From positions 2,848,001 through 2,912,000 of the forward strand of contig OZ242008.1 of NCBI GenBank assembly GCA_965204735.1: a stretch of DNA of 64,000 nt. The letters run 5' to 3'. Source of the stretch: Longimicrobiales bacterium (GTDB taxonomy: Bacteria > Gemmatimonadota > Gemmatimonadetes > Longimicrobiales > Gaopeijiaceae). Both the position numbers and the translations under genes were made by a program. Positions 1 through 11,414 of this stretch are shown here, piece by piece; position 1 is the stretch's first letter, and each line of letters opens with the position of its first letter. Under the pieces are notes generated by a model. It was not told the origin of the DNA and did not search any database. It saw nothing but the letters and a program-made list of their open reading frames with translations.

Positions 1-4
1 CCTC

Positions 5-1429
5 GTGCTGGCCCGGGGCGAGCAGATCGACGCCCGGATGATCTCGGCGGAGCAGGTCGCCGCGACGCTGGCCAACTTGGCGGCCATGCGGGCTGCCGGC
101 GTCCACGAAGGGGCTCTGGCCTACCAAGGCGTCGGCACGATCGCGGCATGGGCCGAGTGGACGCACGAGCAGGACCCGGAATCCCGCGTCGTCGCCGTGC
201 TCCCGGCCAACGGGACCCCCCTTCGGCGCCCCCTGTGGACCGACCTGCTCCCCGACGGCTGGAGCTGGGACGGCAGCCGGATCGTGCAGTGGGACACGCC
301 CATTCCACCGGACGAAGGCCACGAGATGCTGGCGAAGATGAGCCGCGCCTTCGACTACGCCTCCATGTACACGGTGGGCCGCAGCTACCTGGGCGCGACG
401 ACGTGGGCGATGGACCTGATGGCTCCCGTCGCCGCCACCCACTGGTCCCGGGTCAAGGCCACGACGTTCAAGCCCACCGTCGTCTACTCGGCGCGCCAGC
501 ACGCCAACGAAGTGTCGTCCACCAGCCACGTCCTCCGCCACGCCGAGCTGCTGCTGACCGACTCGGTTCAGCGCGCCAAGCTGGACAAGGTGAACGTCGT
601 CGTCCACCCGTTCACCAACCCGGACGGCGCGCAGCTGGCGTACGACCTGTACACGATCACGCCCGACTACATCCTGCACGCCGGCTACCTGGGCGCCCTG
701 GGCATGGACGTCACGTCGGGCGCGGGAGAGGACTTCCCCGTCTACCCGGAGGCCAACGTCCGCAACCGCCTTTGGGAACGCTGGCTTCCCGACGTCTTCC
801 TCAACCCCCACGGCTACCCCAGCCATCAGGTCGTGCAGCTCTTCTCCGAGTACACCGGCTTGGTCCGGCGCGGGCGCGTGACCGAGCGCAACTGGGGCTT
901 CAACAAGGGCTGGTTCATGCCCGGCTTCGGATACTTGGACGATCCCGAGTACCCCAGGCACAAGGACGCGGCGTTCAAGATTCGCGAGTACATCACCGCC
1001 GGGATCAACTCGAACCGGGACGTGTTCGAGATGAACCAGCGCAACTACGCGCGCTACCGGCGTTACGGAGCGGCGTTCGACCCCGACGTCTTCCGCTTGC
1101 CCATGACCGACAGCGTGCTGATCGAGATGCCGCTGAAGGGCTCCAGGGCGGGCGGGAGCGGAGGCCGCGGCTTCAACCCGAAGATCACGATCTGGAGCGG
1201 CATCACCGAGGCCCCCGACGAGACCGCCTACGGCGAGTGGATGCAGCTGGTGGCGAAGGCCGGCCTCTCGTGGGACCAAGCCCTCCTGGACTACCTTTAC
1301 GACGGCAAGCACGCCGTCGAGCGCAGCGGCTCCAAGTTCTTCGGCGGCGTCACCCTCAAGGCGACGCGTCCGAGACCTCCGAAGGAGAGCGACGGCGACG
1401 CGGCGCCCCTGAACGAGGCAAGCCGATGA
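5..1429 (+). CDS. M14-family zinc carboxypeptidase, C-terminal part (probably 5'-truncated by the window edge)
   Basis: ARQHANE (HxxE zinc motif), NPDG, and FLNPHGY third-ligand motif; ORF is open from the window start. Confidence 0.8.
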   Translation: MLARGEQIDARMISAEQVAATLANLAAMRAAGVHEGALAYQGVGTIAAWAEWTHEQDPESRVVAVLPANGTPLRRPLWTDLLPDGWSWDGSRIVQWDTPIPPDEGHEMLAKMSRAFDYASMYTVGRSYLGATTWAMDLMAPVAATHWSRVKATTFKPTVVYSARQHANEVSSTSHVLRHAELLLTDSVQRAKLDKVNVVVHPFTNPDGAQLAYDLYTITPDYILHAGYLGALGMDVTSGAGEDFPVYPEANVRNRLWERWLPDVFLNPHGYPSHQVVQLFSEYTGLVRRGRVTERNWGFNKGWFMPGFGYLDDPEYPRHKDAAFKIREYITAGINSNRDVFEMNQRNYARYRRYGAAFDPDVFRLPMTDSVLIEMPLKGSRAGGSGGRGFNPKITIWSGITEAPDETAYGEWMQLVAKAGLSWDQALLDYLYDGKHAVERSGSKFFGGVTLKATRPRPPKESDGDAAPLNEASR

Positions 1430-1788
1430 GCCGAGACAACATCTTCGCCAAGATCGTTCGCGGCGAGCTCCCGGCCGACGTCGTCTACCGCGACGACGTT
1501 GTGACGGCGTTTCGGGACATTGCGCCCCAGGCGCCGGTCCACGTCCTCGTCGTGCCCAACGAGTGGATACCCACTGCGGCGGACGCGACCGACGAAGACG
1601 AGGCCGTGCTGGGACGGATGATCCGAGCGGCGGCGAAGATCGCCGAAGACGAGGGCATCGCCGAGGACGGCTACCGGCTGATGATCAACTGCCGGAACCA
1701 CGGCGGCCAAGAAGTGCCTCACCTTCACCTTCACCTCCTCGGGGGCCGTCCGCTCGGCCCCATGCTGGCTCGGCGAGGCGGATCATGA
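1426..1788 (+). CDS. hinT: Histidine triad (HIT) nucleotide-binding protein
   Basis: C-terminal part of ORF 148..1788: [49 protein letters not shown] overlap with upstream stop. Confidence 0.92.
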   Translation: MSRDNIFAKIVRGELPADVVYRDDVVTAFRDIAPQAPVHVLVVPNEWIPTAADATDEDEAVLGRMIRAAAKIAEDEGIAEDGYRLMINCRNHGGQEVPHLHLHLLGGRPLGPMLARRGGS

Positions 1789-3338
1789 GAAGAGCACGGC
1801 CCAGCGGGATGGCGCGGGCCGCCGCCGTCTCGATCTTCGCCGCCTCGGCGTCGCTCCTTGCGCCGGGCCGGCCGCTGGCCCCGAACCCGCTCGCCGCCCA
1901 GCAGGGCTTGGCCGGCCTGGACGGCGAGATCGAAGCGATGGTCGCCGAGTGGGGCGTCCCCGGACTCGCGGTCGCCGTCGTGCAGGACGACCAGATCGTC
2001 TACGCCCGCGGCTTCGGCGTGCGCCACGTCGAGGGCGGCGACCCCGTGGACGAGCACACGATCTTCGCGGCGGGCTCCACCTCCAAGGCGTTCACGGCCG
2101 CCGCCATGGCCATGCTGGTGGACGAGGGGAAGGTGTCGTGGGACGATCCGGTGATCGACCACCTCCCCGACTTTCGGCTGAGCGACCCCTACGTCACCCG
2201 GGACCTCCGGGTGCGGGACTTGATGAGCCACAACTCGGGGCTCCTCCGGGGCGACCGCATCTGGTACGCCAGCGGACGCACCCGGGAAGAGGCGCTGCGG
2301 CAGGTCCGCCACCAGCCCATGACCTTCCCGCTCCGCTCCACGTTCCAGTACAACAACACGACGTGGATCGCCGCCGGGGAAGTGATCGAGGCCCTCTCGG
2401 GCACCACCTGGGACGACTTCGTGGCGCGACGCATCTTCGAACCCCTGGGAATGACCCGCAGCGTCACCCTCCTCGGGCCGCTGGCCGAGATGGAGAACGT
2501 CGCCCAGCCCCATGTGCTGGCCCCGGACGGCGAGCTGCGGGCAGTTCCGTACCGCAACATCGACAACGCCGGGCCCGCCGGCTCGATCAACTCCAGCGCC
2601 GCGCAAATGGCCCAGTGGGTCAGGCTGCACCTCGGATCCGCCGGCGCCCACGCCGGGACCCGGCTCGTTTCGGAAGAGGCCCTGCTGGAGACCCGCACCC
2701 CCCAGATGGTCATGCGCAAGACGGAGCCGTGGGCGTCGATCTGGCCCGAGTCCGACTTCCTCAACTACGGCCTGGGCTGGTTCTTGACCGACTACCGGGA
2801 CGTGAAGATGGTCTCCCACGGCGGGAACATCGACGGGATGACCGCCCTGGTGGCGATGATCCCCGAGCGCGACTACGGCTTCGTCCTGCTGGTGAACCTG
2901 AACGGCGCCAACGCCTTCGCCAGCGCCCTGGTCCATCGACTGGTGGACCGGATGGAGGGCGGCGAGCAGCTTCCCTGGAGCGACCGGATGCTGGCCGCGT
3001 GGCGAAAGGCGCGGGAAGAGGCTCGGGCCGCGGCCCAGGCCGTGGAGGACGGTCGGATCGCCGACGCGCCTCCCACCTTGGCGCCCGAGGCCTACGCCGG
3101 CAGCTACGACAACGAGATGTACGGCGAGATCGTCGTCGTCGAGCAGGACGGGGCGCTGCGCGCCCGCTTCGGCGCCGGCTTCGAGGGACCCTTGGAGCAC
3201 TGGCACTACGACACCTTCCGAAGCTCTTGGGGCGGCGGCGCCCGCGAGTTCTTCCGCTTCGAGATCGGCACCGACGGCGCCGTGTCGATCCTCCACGCCG
3301 AGATCGAAGGCAGCGTCGAGTTCGTCCGCCGACGGTGA
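1785..3338 (+). CDS. Secreted serine hydrolase (beta-lactamase class C-like, with DUF3471-like C-terminal domain)
   Basis: Signal peptide ending PLAA-QQ, GSTSK (SxxK), FQYNN (YxN), HGG motif; ATGA overlap. Confidence 0.9.
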   Translation: MRRARPSGMARAAAVSIFAASASLLAPGRPLAPNPLAAQQGLAGLDGEIEAMVAEWGVPGLAVAVVQDDQIVYARGFGVRHVEGGDPVDEHTIFAAGSTSKAFTAAAMAMLVDEGKVSWDDPVIDHLPDFRLSDPYVTRDLRVRDLMSHNSGLLRGDRIWYASGRTREEALRQVRHQPMTFPLRSTFQYNNTTWIAAGEVIEALSGTTWDDFVARRIFEPLGMTRSVTLLGPLAEMENVAQPHVLAPDGELRAVPYRNIDNAGPAGSINSSAAQMAQWVRLHLGSAGAHAGTRLVSEEALLETRTPQMVMRKTEPWASIWPESDFLNYGLGWFLTDYRDVKMVSHGGNIDGMTALVAMIPERDYGFVLLVNLNGANAFASALVHRLVDRMEGGEQLPWSDRMLAAWRKAREEARAAAQAVEDGRIADAPPTLAPEAYAGSYDNEMYGEIVVVEQDGALRARFGAGFEGPLEHWHYDTFRSSWGGGAREFFRFEIGTDGAVSILHAEIEGSVEFVRRR

Positions 3339-3390
3339 CGGATCGGCCCTGCACCGACGGGCCGGACGGACGGCAAGCCCGCGGTCGGCC

Positions 3391-4641
3391 TTGAGCGCCG
3401 CCGCTCCCGACGTGGTGGTGGTCGGCGCCGGAATCGTCGGGGCGTCGTGCGCCTACCACCTTGCCTCCCGGGGTCTGGAAGTGACGGTGCTCGAGCGCGA
3501 GCCCGCCCCGGCGCTGGGCTCCACGGGCAGGAGCGCCGCCGGAGTGCGGGTCCAGTTCACCACCCCGGCCAACGTCGCCCTCTCCATGCACTCCCTGCCC
3601 GTCTACCGGGAGTTCCAGGAGCGCCACGGCTTCGACGTCGGCTACCGGGACATCGGCTACCTCCTGCTGGTGCCCGCCGAGCGCTGGGAGCGGCACCTGG
3701 AGTCGGTCGCCCTCCAGCGAAGCATGAACGCCCCGGTGGAAGTCCTGGAGGCTTCGGACGCCCGCCGCTTCGTCCCGATCTCCACCGGAGGCTTGGGCGG
3801 CGCCACCTACGGTCCCTGGGACGGCGTGATCGACCCTCACATGGCGACCCACGCCTGGGTGTCGATGGGCAAGTCCGCCGGGGTGAAGTACCGCTTCGGC
3901 GCCGCGGTCGTCGGCGTCCGGCCCGAGTCCAACGGCCGCGGCTGGCGCGTGGAGGCGACGGAAGCCCGCTCCCACGTCCCGCCCGCTCGCAGCGGCCGCC
4001 CGCCTTCGACCGAAGCGCTCTCCTGCGGCCACATCGTCAACGCGGCGGGCGCGTGGTCCGGCGTGGTGGGACGGATGGCCGGCCTGGAGGTCCCAGTCGG
4101 ACCCAAGCGCGTCCAGATCTTCCTGAGCGCGCCCGTTGCCGACGACCGGGTCTACCCCCTCACCGTCGACTTGGGCACCGGCGTCTACCTGCGGAGCGAG
4201 CGAGACCGAATCCTCTTCGGCCTGGACTCGCACAAGAGCGACTCCCACGAACGCCACGGCGGCTTCACCGAAGGAGTCGACTGGGAGTGGCTCGAGCGCG
4301 TCCTGGTCGCCGGCGTCGAGCGCTACCCGTGGTGGGAAGACCTGGGGGTGGATCGCAGGGGAAGCTGGTGGGGCTACTACGAAGTCACTCCCGACAACAG
4401 TCCCGTCATCGGCGTCAACCCCGGCGCGGAAGCGTGGATCGACGCCTGCGGCTTCTCCGGCCATGGGATCATGCACGCCCCCGCCACCGGCTTGGCGGTC
4501 TCGGAGCTGGTGGCCGAGGGCCGCTCCCGCACGCTGGACATAACCGCGTTCGCTCACGCTAGATTCGGAGCGCGCGCGTCGGTCGGCGACGACGGATCGG
4601 ACCCCGCCGGCGACGCCCTGGTGGAAGCCAACATCTTCTGA
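3391..4641 (+). CDS. FAD-dependent oxidoreductase (DAO / sarcosine oxidase beta-like)
   Basis: VVVVGAGIVG Rossmann motif, GSTGRSAAG, VNAAGAW, TPD..P, GFSGHG. Confidence 0.9.
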   Translation: MSAAAPDVVVVGAGIVGASCAYHLASRGLEVTVLEREPAPALGSTGRSAAGVRVQFTTPANVALSMHSLPVYREFQERHGFDVGYRDIGYLLLVPAERWERHLESVALQRSMNAPVEVLEASDARRFVPISTGGLGGATYGPWDGVIDPHMATHAWVSMGKSAGVKYRFGAAVVGVRPESNGRGWRVEATEARSHVPPARSGRPPSTEALSCGHIVNAAGAWSGVVGRMAGLEVPVGPKRVQIFLSAPVADDRVYPLTVDLGTGVYLRSERDRILFGLDSHKSDSHERHGGFTEGVDWEWLERVLVAGVERYPWWEDLGVDRRGSWWGYYEVTPDNSPVIGVNPGAEAWIDACGFSGHGIMHAPATGLAVSELVAEGRSRTLDITAFAHARFGARASVGDDGSDPAGDALVEANIF

Positions 4642-4669
4642 CGCCAGCGACGAAAGAACGGAGGAGAGA

Positions 4670-4778
4670 CGCCATGAAGCTCAGGTTCGCCGAAGAAATC
4701 ATGCGTTGTCGGCCCCGGCGGCCGAGTCGGGGTTCGCGGGGGTCGCCATGAAGCTCAGGTTCGCCGAAGAAATCATGC
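4670..4778 (+). repeat. Perfect 35-bp direct repeat (4670-4704, 4744-4778) duplicating the start of the GPP34 gene
   Basis: CGCCATGAAGCTCAGGTTCGCCGAAGAAATCATGC occurs twice, 39 bp apart. Confidence 0.95.
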
Positions 4779-5404
4779 TCCTGCTCCTTCACGACGAGAA
4801 CGGGAAGTTCACGCGCGTGCCGGAGTGGTCGCTCAAGTACGCCCTCTCCGGCGGCGTTCTCATGGACCTGGCGCTGGCCGACCGGATCGACACCGACCTG
4901 GAGGAGCTGATTCTGGTCGACTCGACGCCGACGGGGGACGACCTTCTGGACCCGACCCTGGCCGACATCGCCCAGGCGCACCAGGCCCGAAGCGCCGACT
5001 TCTGGGTCGAGCGGGTCGCCGAGCGGGCCGACGAGATCCGAAAGGCCGCGGTCGAGAGGCTGATCGAGAGGGGGATCATCGAGGTGGAGGAGGACCGCGT
5101 CCTCTGGGTGTTCCGGTCTCGACGCTACCCCGTCGTGGACGGCAAGGCCGAAAGGGAAGTGAAGCTGCGGATCATGGAGGTGCTCTTCAGCGACGTGGTG
5201 CCCGACCCCCGGGACGTGGTGATCATCTGCCTCGCCGACGCCTGCGGGCTCTTCACCGAGCTGCTCTCCAAGCGGGAAGCCCAGCTGGCCCAGCCGCGCA
5301 TCGATCTGGTGCGCAGAATGGACTTGATCGGCCGGGCGGTCACGGCGGCGATCCGAAAGATCGAGGTCGCGCTGGCCCGGGCCGCCCAGCCCTACCTCGG
5401 CTGA
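4748..5404 (+). CDS. GPP34 / GOLPH3-Vps74 family protein
   Basis: LRFAEEIMLLLLHDENG..ALSGGVLMDLALADRI..RLIERGII..RRYP pattern typical of the family. Confidence 0.8.
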   Translation: MKLRFAEEIMLLLLHDENGKFTRVPEWSLKYALSGGVLMDLALADRIDTDLEELILVDSTPTGDDLLDPTLADIAQAHQARSADFWVERVAERADEIRKAAVERLIERGIIEVEEDRVLWVFRSRRYPVVDGKAEREVKLRIMEVLFSDVVPDPRDVVIICLADACGLFTELLSKREAQLAQPRIDLVRRMDLIGRAVTAAIRKIEVALARAAQPYLG

Positions 5405-5443
5405 GGGAAGCGGGCAGCAGGCTGGGCCAAGCTGGGCGCTGGC

Positions 5444-6700
5444 CTAGCGTTGGCGCCCGGCCTCGGCTTCGTCGTCCGTGCACGTCGCGGGGTGGGCCTG
5501 CAGCCACTCGAGCAGGGCTTCCGCCGCCCACCGGTGGCCTGCCGGGCTCCAGTGGCTGTCGGCAAACCAGCGCACCTCGGCCATGGTGGCGCCCTGGCGA
5601 CGCACGTACTCCGCCAGGTGGAGGGCTGGAATCTCCAGGGCGGCCGCCATCTTGCTCACCCTGATCCAGCTCTGGCGGCGAGTAGTCGCTGCCAGCAAGA
5701 GGATGCGGCTTCCGTCCCGGTCCGCGTAGCTCTTCCACTGCTCCAGGGCGAACGCCGTGTGCTCGAGGCCCGTCGCGATCATGGGCGGCGGGTCGGACTC
5801 GTCCAGCGCCTGGTGCATCGGGACAACGTCCGCCGGCGTCCACTCGGCCAGCAGCGCGCCGTACTGCGGGCGCTGGCTCAGCGCCGCCAGCATGCGCTGA
5901 AAGTCGTCGTTCGGCAACCGGGGCCACATCCTCTTCGACTGCAGAAGCCGCGCGAGCCACAGAGTGTCGTGCACCTTCGTCGCGAAGCGGGCGAACGCCG
6001 ACGGTTCGGACGCCTCAAACAACCTGATCTTGGCGTACAGAGGGTCGGGAGAACGCAACGCGATCGTGCCGTCGAAACGCCTTTGAGCGCTTGCGGTCGG
6101 CATGTGCGCCGGGTCCAGCCCCAAGGGCGGTCGATCGAGTGCGGCCAAGAGCGGCGCGTTGTCCACGAAGTCGTTGTCCACAAAGACCAGCACCACGAGT
6201 CTCGGACGCAGGAACCGGGCGTACTTGTCGTACAACGGGATCTGCGCGACTTGGCCCGAGCCGGACATCGCGAAGGCCGAAGTGGTGATCCCGAGCTCGG
6301 GAAGGTGGTCGGACGCGAGTTCGTCGAGCCGAACTTGAAGCTTTTCGCCAAGGCCCACTTCCTTCGCGTCCACGAAGGAATCGCCGATGATCACCACGCG
6401 GCAACTCGCCTCCCCCCTCCCCCTCTCTGGAAAACTGGGTTCGCGGTCCAGGAAGCCCAGGCTGTTGCTGTACTGGACGGTCCAGTAGTCGTGCAGGTTC
6501 GTATGCCGCACCTCGACGTTGGGCTTGTAGAGAAAGCCCACGCCTGCAACCCATTCGCGCGGCAGGCTCGACTTCATAAAGGCCACGGTCGCGCGCAGGT
6601 ACGCTTCCGCGGCGCCCGCGATCAGCGCTGCGCCCGCTCCCAGCAGGACCACGTTCCAGAGAAGCGTCGAGAGTGCGCGACGAAGAGAATGCGTCAGCAT
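5444..6700 (-). CDS. Membrane-anchored SGNH/GDSL-hydrolase-like protein
   Basis: N-terminal hydrophobic segment, NSLGFLD, IIGDSF, ND block, DSHWSPAGH (DxH); start uncertain. Confidence 0.7.
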   Translation of the reverse strand: MLTHSLRRALSTLLWNVVLLGAGAALIAGAAEAYLRATVAFMKSSLPREWVAGVGFLYKPNVEVRHTNLHDYWTVQYSNSLGFLDREPSFPERGRGEASCRVVIIGDSFVDAKEVGLGEKLQVRLDELASDHLPELGITTSAFAMSGSGQVAQIPLYDKYARFLRPRLVVLVFVDNDFVDNAPLLAALDRPPLGLDPAHMPTASAQRRFDGTIALRSPDPLYAKIRLFEASEPSAFARFATKVHDTLWLARLLQSKRMWPRLPNDDFQRMLAALSQRPQYGALLAEWTPADVVPMHQALDESDPPPMIATGLEHTAFALEQWKSYADRDGSRILLLAATTRRQSWIRVSKMAAALEIPALHLAEYVRRQGATMAEVRWFADSHWSPAGHRWAAEALLEWLQAHPATCTDDEAEAGRQR

Positions 6701-6930
6701 GCCTGCCTGCGTTTGGCCTTGAAGGGAGTGCGTATCGCAACCCAAGCTAGCGCCGGCTGTTCACAGGCGCATTGAGCGAAGAATCGCGGAAGGTCGTTCC
6801 CCAATAATCTCGCATTGCGATGATGGGCAACGCCGGGGGCGCCTCGTCATCGGGGGCCCGAGACCGGCCGGCACCTTGGAGCCCTGCGCCTGGCCCGTAG
6901 CCGGCTGCGGAGCGCCTCCGTCATCGGGGA

Positions 6931-6957
6931 GGGGGGGGGGGGGGGGGGGGGGGGGGG
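6931..6957. repeat. G27 homopolymer tract
   Basis: 27 consecutive G in an intergenic region. Confidence 0.9.
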
Positions 6958-7069
6958 CGAGACCGGCCAGTGCCAGCTTACGTCAACTAGACTTGGTGAA
7001 GTGCCTACTATGATTTACATTGGCTTTCCCTGTTCCACCCCCTTCCTTGCCGGGAAATCGCTCGCGACG

Positions 7070-8239
7070 ATGCCGGACGCTTGCCTGGACAACCGCCTGA
7101 GACGCCTTCGGAAGGGCCGGGGGCTCACGCAGCAGGAGCTGGCGGAGTTGGCGGGCGTGTCCCGCCAGACGGTCGCATCCGTCGAAGCGGGCCGGAGCGT
7201 GCCGTCCACCAGCCTGGGGCTGCAGTTGGCCCACGTCCTGGGGTGCGCGGTGGAGGACGTCTTTCAGCTGGCGGCGCCGGCGGGGATGGGGGTTCGCCTG
7301 GCCCCGGAGCCGCGCGAGGACGGACGGGTCGCCGGGCGCCGCCGCAGCGCCCGGGTCGCCGTGGGACGGGTGGCGGGGCGCTGGGTGGCCCACCGGCTTC
7401 CGTTCACCGGGGCAACCGCCGCGGACGGGATCGTCGCTTCGAGCGCGACCGAGTCCCCGTCGAGCGCCGACAGGCTCGACCCGCGACGCCCGCCCCACCC
7501 GCTCGTGCAGCCGCTGACGTCGCCCCGCAAGATCGAGCGCAACGTCCTGGTGGCCGGGTGCGCTCCCTTGCTGGGGCTCGTCGCGCAGTGGACCGGCCGA
7601 CGCTTTGCGGACGCCCGGGTTCGGTGGCTCCGGGCGGGGAACCGCAGGGCCCTGGAGCTTCTGGCGGCGGGGCTGGTGCATGTCGCCGGGCTGCACGTGC
7701 GCGGCGGCGGCGGGGAAGCGGCCAACCTTCGCGCCGTGCGGCGCGCGCTGCCGCGGCGGCGGCTCCTGGTGGTCAACCTGACCCGTTGGCGACAGGGGAT
7801 CGTCGTCCCGCCGGGCAATCCCCTGGCGATCGCCGGAGCAGGAGATCTCTTTCGGCTCGGCCTGCGCCTGGCCCGCCGGGAAAGGGGATCGGGCGCCCAT
7901 GCGCTGACCCGGCAGCTGAGGGCCGACGCGGGCGCTTGCGGACCGGGCATGGTCGGGCCGTGGGCAGAGGGCCACGAGGAGGTGGCCTGGCTGGTGCGGC
8001 GAGGGTCGGCCGATGCAGGAGTCGCCATCGAGGGCGCGGCGCTGGCGGAGGGGCTGGACTTCGTGCCCGTGGCCGAAGAGCGCTTCGACTTGGTGGTCCC
8101 CGCCGAGCTGGCCTCGAGGCCGCCGGCGTCGCGCCTCGTCGAAGCGCTGGACGACCCGGGACTGCGGGCCGAAGCGGCCGTGCTGCCGGGCTACGACCTC
8201 TCGCTGACCGGCCACGTCGCCACGGTGGAGGCGGCGTGA
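7070..8239 (+). CDS. XRE-family HTH regulator fused to a molybdate-type PBP substrate-binding domain
   Basis: [60 protein letters not shown]; adjacent to modABC. Confidence 0.85.
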   Translation: MPDACLDNRLRRLRKGRGLTQQELAELAGVSRQTVASVEAGRSVPSTSLGLQLAHVLGCAVEDVFQLAAPAGMGVRLAPEPREDGRVAGRRRSARVAVGRVAGRWVAHRLPFTGATAADGIVASSATESPSSADRLDPRRPPHPLVQPLTSPRKIERNVLVAGCAPLLGLVAQWTGRRFADARVRWLRAGNRRALELLAAGLVHVAGLHVRGGGGEAANLRAVRRALPRRRLLVVNLTRWRQGIVVPPGNPLAIAGAGDLFRLGLRLARRERGSGAHALTRQLRADAGACGPGMVGPWAEGHEEVAWLVRRGSADAGVAIEGAALAEGLDFVPVAEERFDLVVPAELASRPPASRLVEALDDPGLRAEAAVLPGYDLSLTGHVATVEAA

Positions 8240-9120
8240 CCCTGGTTCGGGCGCTTCGTCTCGCATCGATGGCGCCTGCCGCGGCCGCCTGGGGCTGCGG
8301 CGCAGGGACTCCAGACTCCGGCGGCGACCGGCGGGCGTTGACCGTCTTCGCGGCGTCGTCCCTGACGGAGGCGTTTCAAGAGACGGCCCAGCGGTTCGAA
8401 GAACTCCATCCGGGCGTAGAGGTGACGACGGCCTTCGCGGGCAGCCAAGCGCTGCGCCTGCAGATCGAGCACGGCGCCGAAGCGGACGTCTTCGCGTCCG
8501 CGAACATGGACCACGTCCGAGCGCTGGCGGAAGCCGGGCTCGCAGCCGACCCCCGGGTCTTCGCGACGAACGAGCTGGCGGTGGTGGTGCCGCCGGACAA
8601 TCCGGCGCGCATCGAGTCCTTCGGCGACCTGCCCCGGGCCGAGCGGCTGGTTCTGGGCGCCGACGCCGTGCCGGTGGGCGCGTACGCCCGAGAGGTCCTG
8701 GCGCGGGCGACGGTTCTCTACGGCGCGGGGTTCGACGCGGCGGCCCTCGGGCGGGTCGTCTCCCACGAGAGCAGCGCTCGGCTGGCCCGGGCCAAGGTCG
8801 AGCTGGGCGAAGCCGACGCCGCCATCGTGTACCGCAGCGACGCCGTGGCCGCGGGAGCGGCCTGGACCGCCGGGGACGCCCAAGCCGCCGGGGAGTTCCC
8901 CGCCCGATTCGGCTCCGGCGCCAGGGTGCTCGCGATTCCGGCGCCGCCGTCCTTGGGCGTCCGGGCCGAGTACGCGATTGCCGCCGTCGTCGGGGCCGCG
9001 GACCGCCGGGACGTGGAAGCATGGATCGGGTTCGTGCTGTCGCCCGAGGTTCGTGGGGTTCTCGCCCGATGGGGCTTTGCGCCTGGGCGGGCGGCAGAGT
9101 CGCCGGGCACGGCGCATTGA
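8236..9120 (+). CDS. modA: Molybdate ABC transporter substrate-binding lipoprotein
   Basis: [53 protein letters not shown] overlap. Confidence 0.9.
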   Translation: MTLVRALRLASMAPAAAAWGCGAGTPDSGGDRRALTVFAASSLTEAFQETAQRFEELHPGVEVTTAFAGSQALRLQIEHGAEADVFASANMDHVRALAEAGLAADPRVFATNELAVVVPPDNPARIESFGDLPRAERLVLGADAVPVGAYAREVLARATVLYGAGFDAAALGRVVSHESSARLARAKVELGEADAAIVYRSDAVAAGAAWTAGDAQAAGEFPARFGSGARVLAIPAPPSLGVRAEYAIAAVVGAADRRDVEAWIGFVLSPEVRGVLARWGFAPGRAAESPGTAH

Positions 9121-9914
9121 GCCGGGGCAGGCTCGGGCCGGGCGCGGCGCTCTTCCCCGGACGCTCGGCGTTCTTGGCCGCGCTTCCAATGCTGTTCCTC
9201 CTGGCCGTCCCCCTGATCGCCTTGGCCGGCGCGTCGTCCCCAACCGATCTGCTGGCGGGAGTACGCCACCCTCTCTTCGGCCCGGCCCTGCGCCTCAGCG
9301 CCCTGACGACGACGGCCAGCGTGGCGGTGGTCGTCGCGACCGGCACGCCCCTGGCGTGGTGGATCGCCACCAGCCCCCGACGACGGGTGCGCTGGGCGGA
9401 ATCGCTCGTGGAGCTGCCGATCGTGATCCCGCCGGCGGTGATCGGGATCGCCCTTCTCGAGACGTTCGGCCGCAACGGCCTCTTCGGGCCGGCGCTGGCG
9501 GCCGCCGGCGTCCGCGTCCCCTTCACGACCGCCGCAGTGGTGCTGGCGCAGGTCGTGGTGTCGGCGCCGTTCTTCGTCCAGGCCGCGGCAGCCGCGTTCC
9601 GGCGCGTGGACCAGGACCTGCTGATCGTCGCCCGCACCTTGGGCCAAGCGCCGTCGGGCGCGTTCCTTCGCGTCGCGGTCCCGCTGGCGGCGCCGGGAGT
9701 CGCGGCCGGGGCGGCGCTTTCATGGGCCCGGGCGATGGGGGAGTTCGGCGCCACCCTCCTCTTCGCGGGAAACCTGCCCGGCACGACCCAGACCATGCCG
9801 CTGGCGATCTACACCGCGCTCGAGTCCGACGCCCGCGCGGCCGTTGCCCTGGCCCTGGCGCTCGCAGCGGCCGGCGCCCTCCTCCTCCTCCCTCTCCGCT
9901 TCGCCGCGCGATGA
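9117..9914 (+). CDS. modB: Molybdate ABC transporter permease
   Basis: [42 protein letters not shown]. Confidence 0.92.
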   Translation: MSRGRLGPGAALFPGRSAFLAALPMLFLLAVPLIALAGASSPTDLLAGVRHPLFGPALRLSALTTTASVAVVVATGTPLAWWIATSPRRRVRWAESLVELPIVIPPAVIGIALLETFGRNGLFGPALAAAGVRVPFTTAAVVLAQVVVSAPFFVQAAAAAFRRVDQDLLIVARTLGQAPSGAFLRVAVPLAAPGVAAGAALSWARAMGEFGATLLFAGNLPGTTQTMPLAIYTALESDARAAVALALALAAAGALLLLPLRFAAR

Positions 9915-10816
9915 GCGCCTCCGCCAGCCCCATGCGCTGGCAGGTCGCCCTGCAGGTCGACGTCGACGACTTCCAGCTCGTTGCCGAGATGGAGGGAGAC
10001 GAGGCCCCCGTCGTCGTCGCCGGCCCCAACGGCGCCGGCAAGACCACTCTTCTGCACGCCATCTGCGGGGCTCGCCGACCGATGTCCGGAACGATCCGAA
10101 TCGGGGAGCGGACGATCTTCGACTCCGGCGCCGGGATCGACCGGGTGCCCGAGGAGCGGCAAGTGGGCTACCTGCCCCAGGGCTGCGGCCTCTTCCCGCA
10201 CCTGACCGCCGTCGACAACGTGGCGTTCGGTCTCGCAGGCCGGGCCGCTCGACGGGAAGCGGGCCGAAGCCGCCGCGTCGACCGGCGCCGAGCCGCCGTC
10301 GCCCTGATGGAGGAGATGGAGTGCGCCCACCTCGCCGACCGCTTCCCCAAGTCGCTCTCCGGGGGCGAGCGGCAGCGGGTCGCCTTGGCCCGCGCTCTCC
10401 TTCCCGACCCGGAGATGATCCTCCTCGACGAGCCCCTGTCGGCCATGGACGCGCCCGCCCGGCGAAGCTTCCGCCGTCACTTCGCAGCGCACCTTGCCAA
10501 GCGAAGGCGCCCCGCAATCGTTGTGACGCACAGCGCGGAGGACGTGCGCGCCCTCGGCTCGCCGAGGGTCTACATGCTGGAGAAGGGGAGAATCACCCAG
10601 CACGGCCTCGCAGAGGAAGTGGCGACCGCGCCGGCAACCGCCTTCGCGGCTGGGTTCTTCGCCGGTCCGCGGGCGCGCCCGGTCCTCGGCGGCGAGCGCT
10701 CCGGGCCCGTTCCGCCCGCAAGGCCCGTCCACGCCCTCCAGCCCCAGGGCGTCGATCGGACGACGGCCGCTACCGGACCCGCTCGCTCCGGGAGTACAGG
10801 AAGTAGCGGGCGGTGA
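9911..10816 (+). CDS. modC: Molybdate ABC transporter ATPase
   Basis: [36 protein letters not shown]. Confidence 0.88.
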   Translation: MSASASPMRWQVALQVDVDDFQLVAEMEGDEAPVVVAGPNGAGKTTLLHAICGARRPMSGTIRIGERTIFDSGAGIDRVPEERQVGYLPQGCGLFPHLTAVDNVAFGLAGRAARREAGRSRRVDRRRAAVALMEEMECAHLADRFPKSLSGGERQRVALARALLPDPEMILLDEPLSAMDAPARRSFRRHFAAHLAKRRRPAIVVTHSAEDVRALGSPRVYMLEKGRITQHGLAEEVATAPATAFAAGFFAGPRARPVLGGERSGPVPPARPVHALQPQGVDRTTAATGPARSGSTGSSGR

Positions 10817-11414
10817 AGGAGAGCACGCCGTCGAAGATCTCCGTCCCCCAGGTGAACTTCCCCACCGGTCGCAACCCCGCTTCGTAGCGCGCGCCGACCG
10901 CTGTCCTGCCGACCTCGAGCTCGGCGCCCATGACCACCCCGGCTTCCCAGGCTCGACGGGTCAAGCTCGCATCGTTGGAGCAATCGGCGCCGTCGATCCT
11001 GCACCTCACGGTCAAGCCCAGGGAAACGCCGGCAAGCAGGTGCGGCCGGACCAGCTCCGACGGGCCGGTGTGCAGCTGGGCCAAGAGCGGGATCTCGACC
11101 GACACCGACTCCATGGTCCTGACGTCGCTGCCGGCAGGTCCCGTGCGGAAGCGCGAACCCTTGGTCGAGAAGTAGAGCTCCGGCCGAAGGGAAAACGTCT
11201 CGGTGACCAGAACGGTCGTCGTCCCGCCCACCATGAAGCCCGTCCGCGCGTCGGCGCCCGAGGAGCCGCTGCCCGTGGCCATCGACCGGTTCAGCCCGGC
11301 CATCACCCCCACCGACAGCTGGGCCGTCGCTCCACTCCCCGCGGCTGCCGCCGAGGCGACGACCAGGAGGCCTGTCGGCAGCGCCTTCCCGAGCACGGCA
11401 ACTCTCCTGGTCAT
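10770..11414 (-). CDS. Outer-membrane beta-barrel (PorT/porin-like) protein
   Basis: Signal peptide ending [38 protein letters not shown] overlap with hddA. Confidence 0.75.
   Translation of the reverse strand: MTRRVAVLGKALPTGLLVVASAAAAGSGATAQLSVGVMAGLNRSMATGSGSSGADARTGFMVGGTTTVLVTETFSLRPELYFSTKGSRFRTGPAGSDVRTMESVSVEIPLLAQLHTGPSELVRPHLLAGVSLGLTVRCRIDGADCSNDASLTRRAWEAGVVMGAELEVGRTAVGARYEAGLRPVGKFTWGTEIFDGVLSFTARYFLYSRSERVR

Noticed and set aside
4670..4778. 35-bp repeat with 39-bp spacer as a CRISPR unit
   Set aside because: Only two copies, and the repeat is the coding start of the GPP34 gene
6850..6935. Moco riboswitch upstream of the mod locus
   Set aside because: Only short word-level resemblance (CACCT, GCCTCC..GG); better explained by the local direct repeat; would need an Rfam scan
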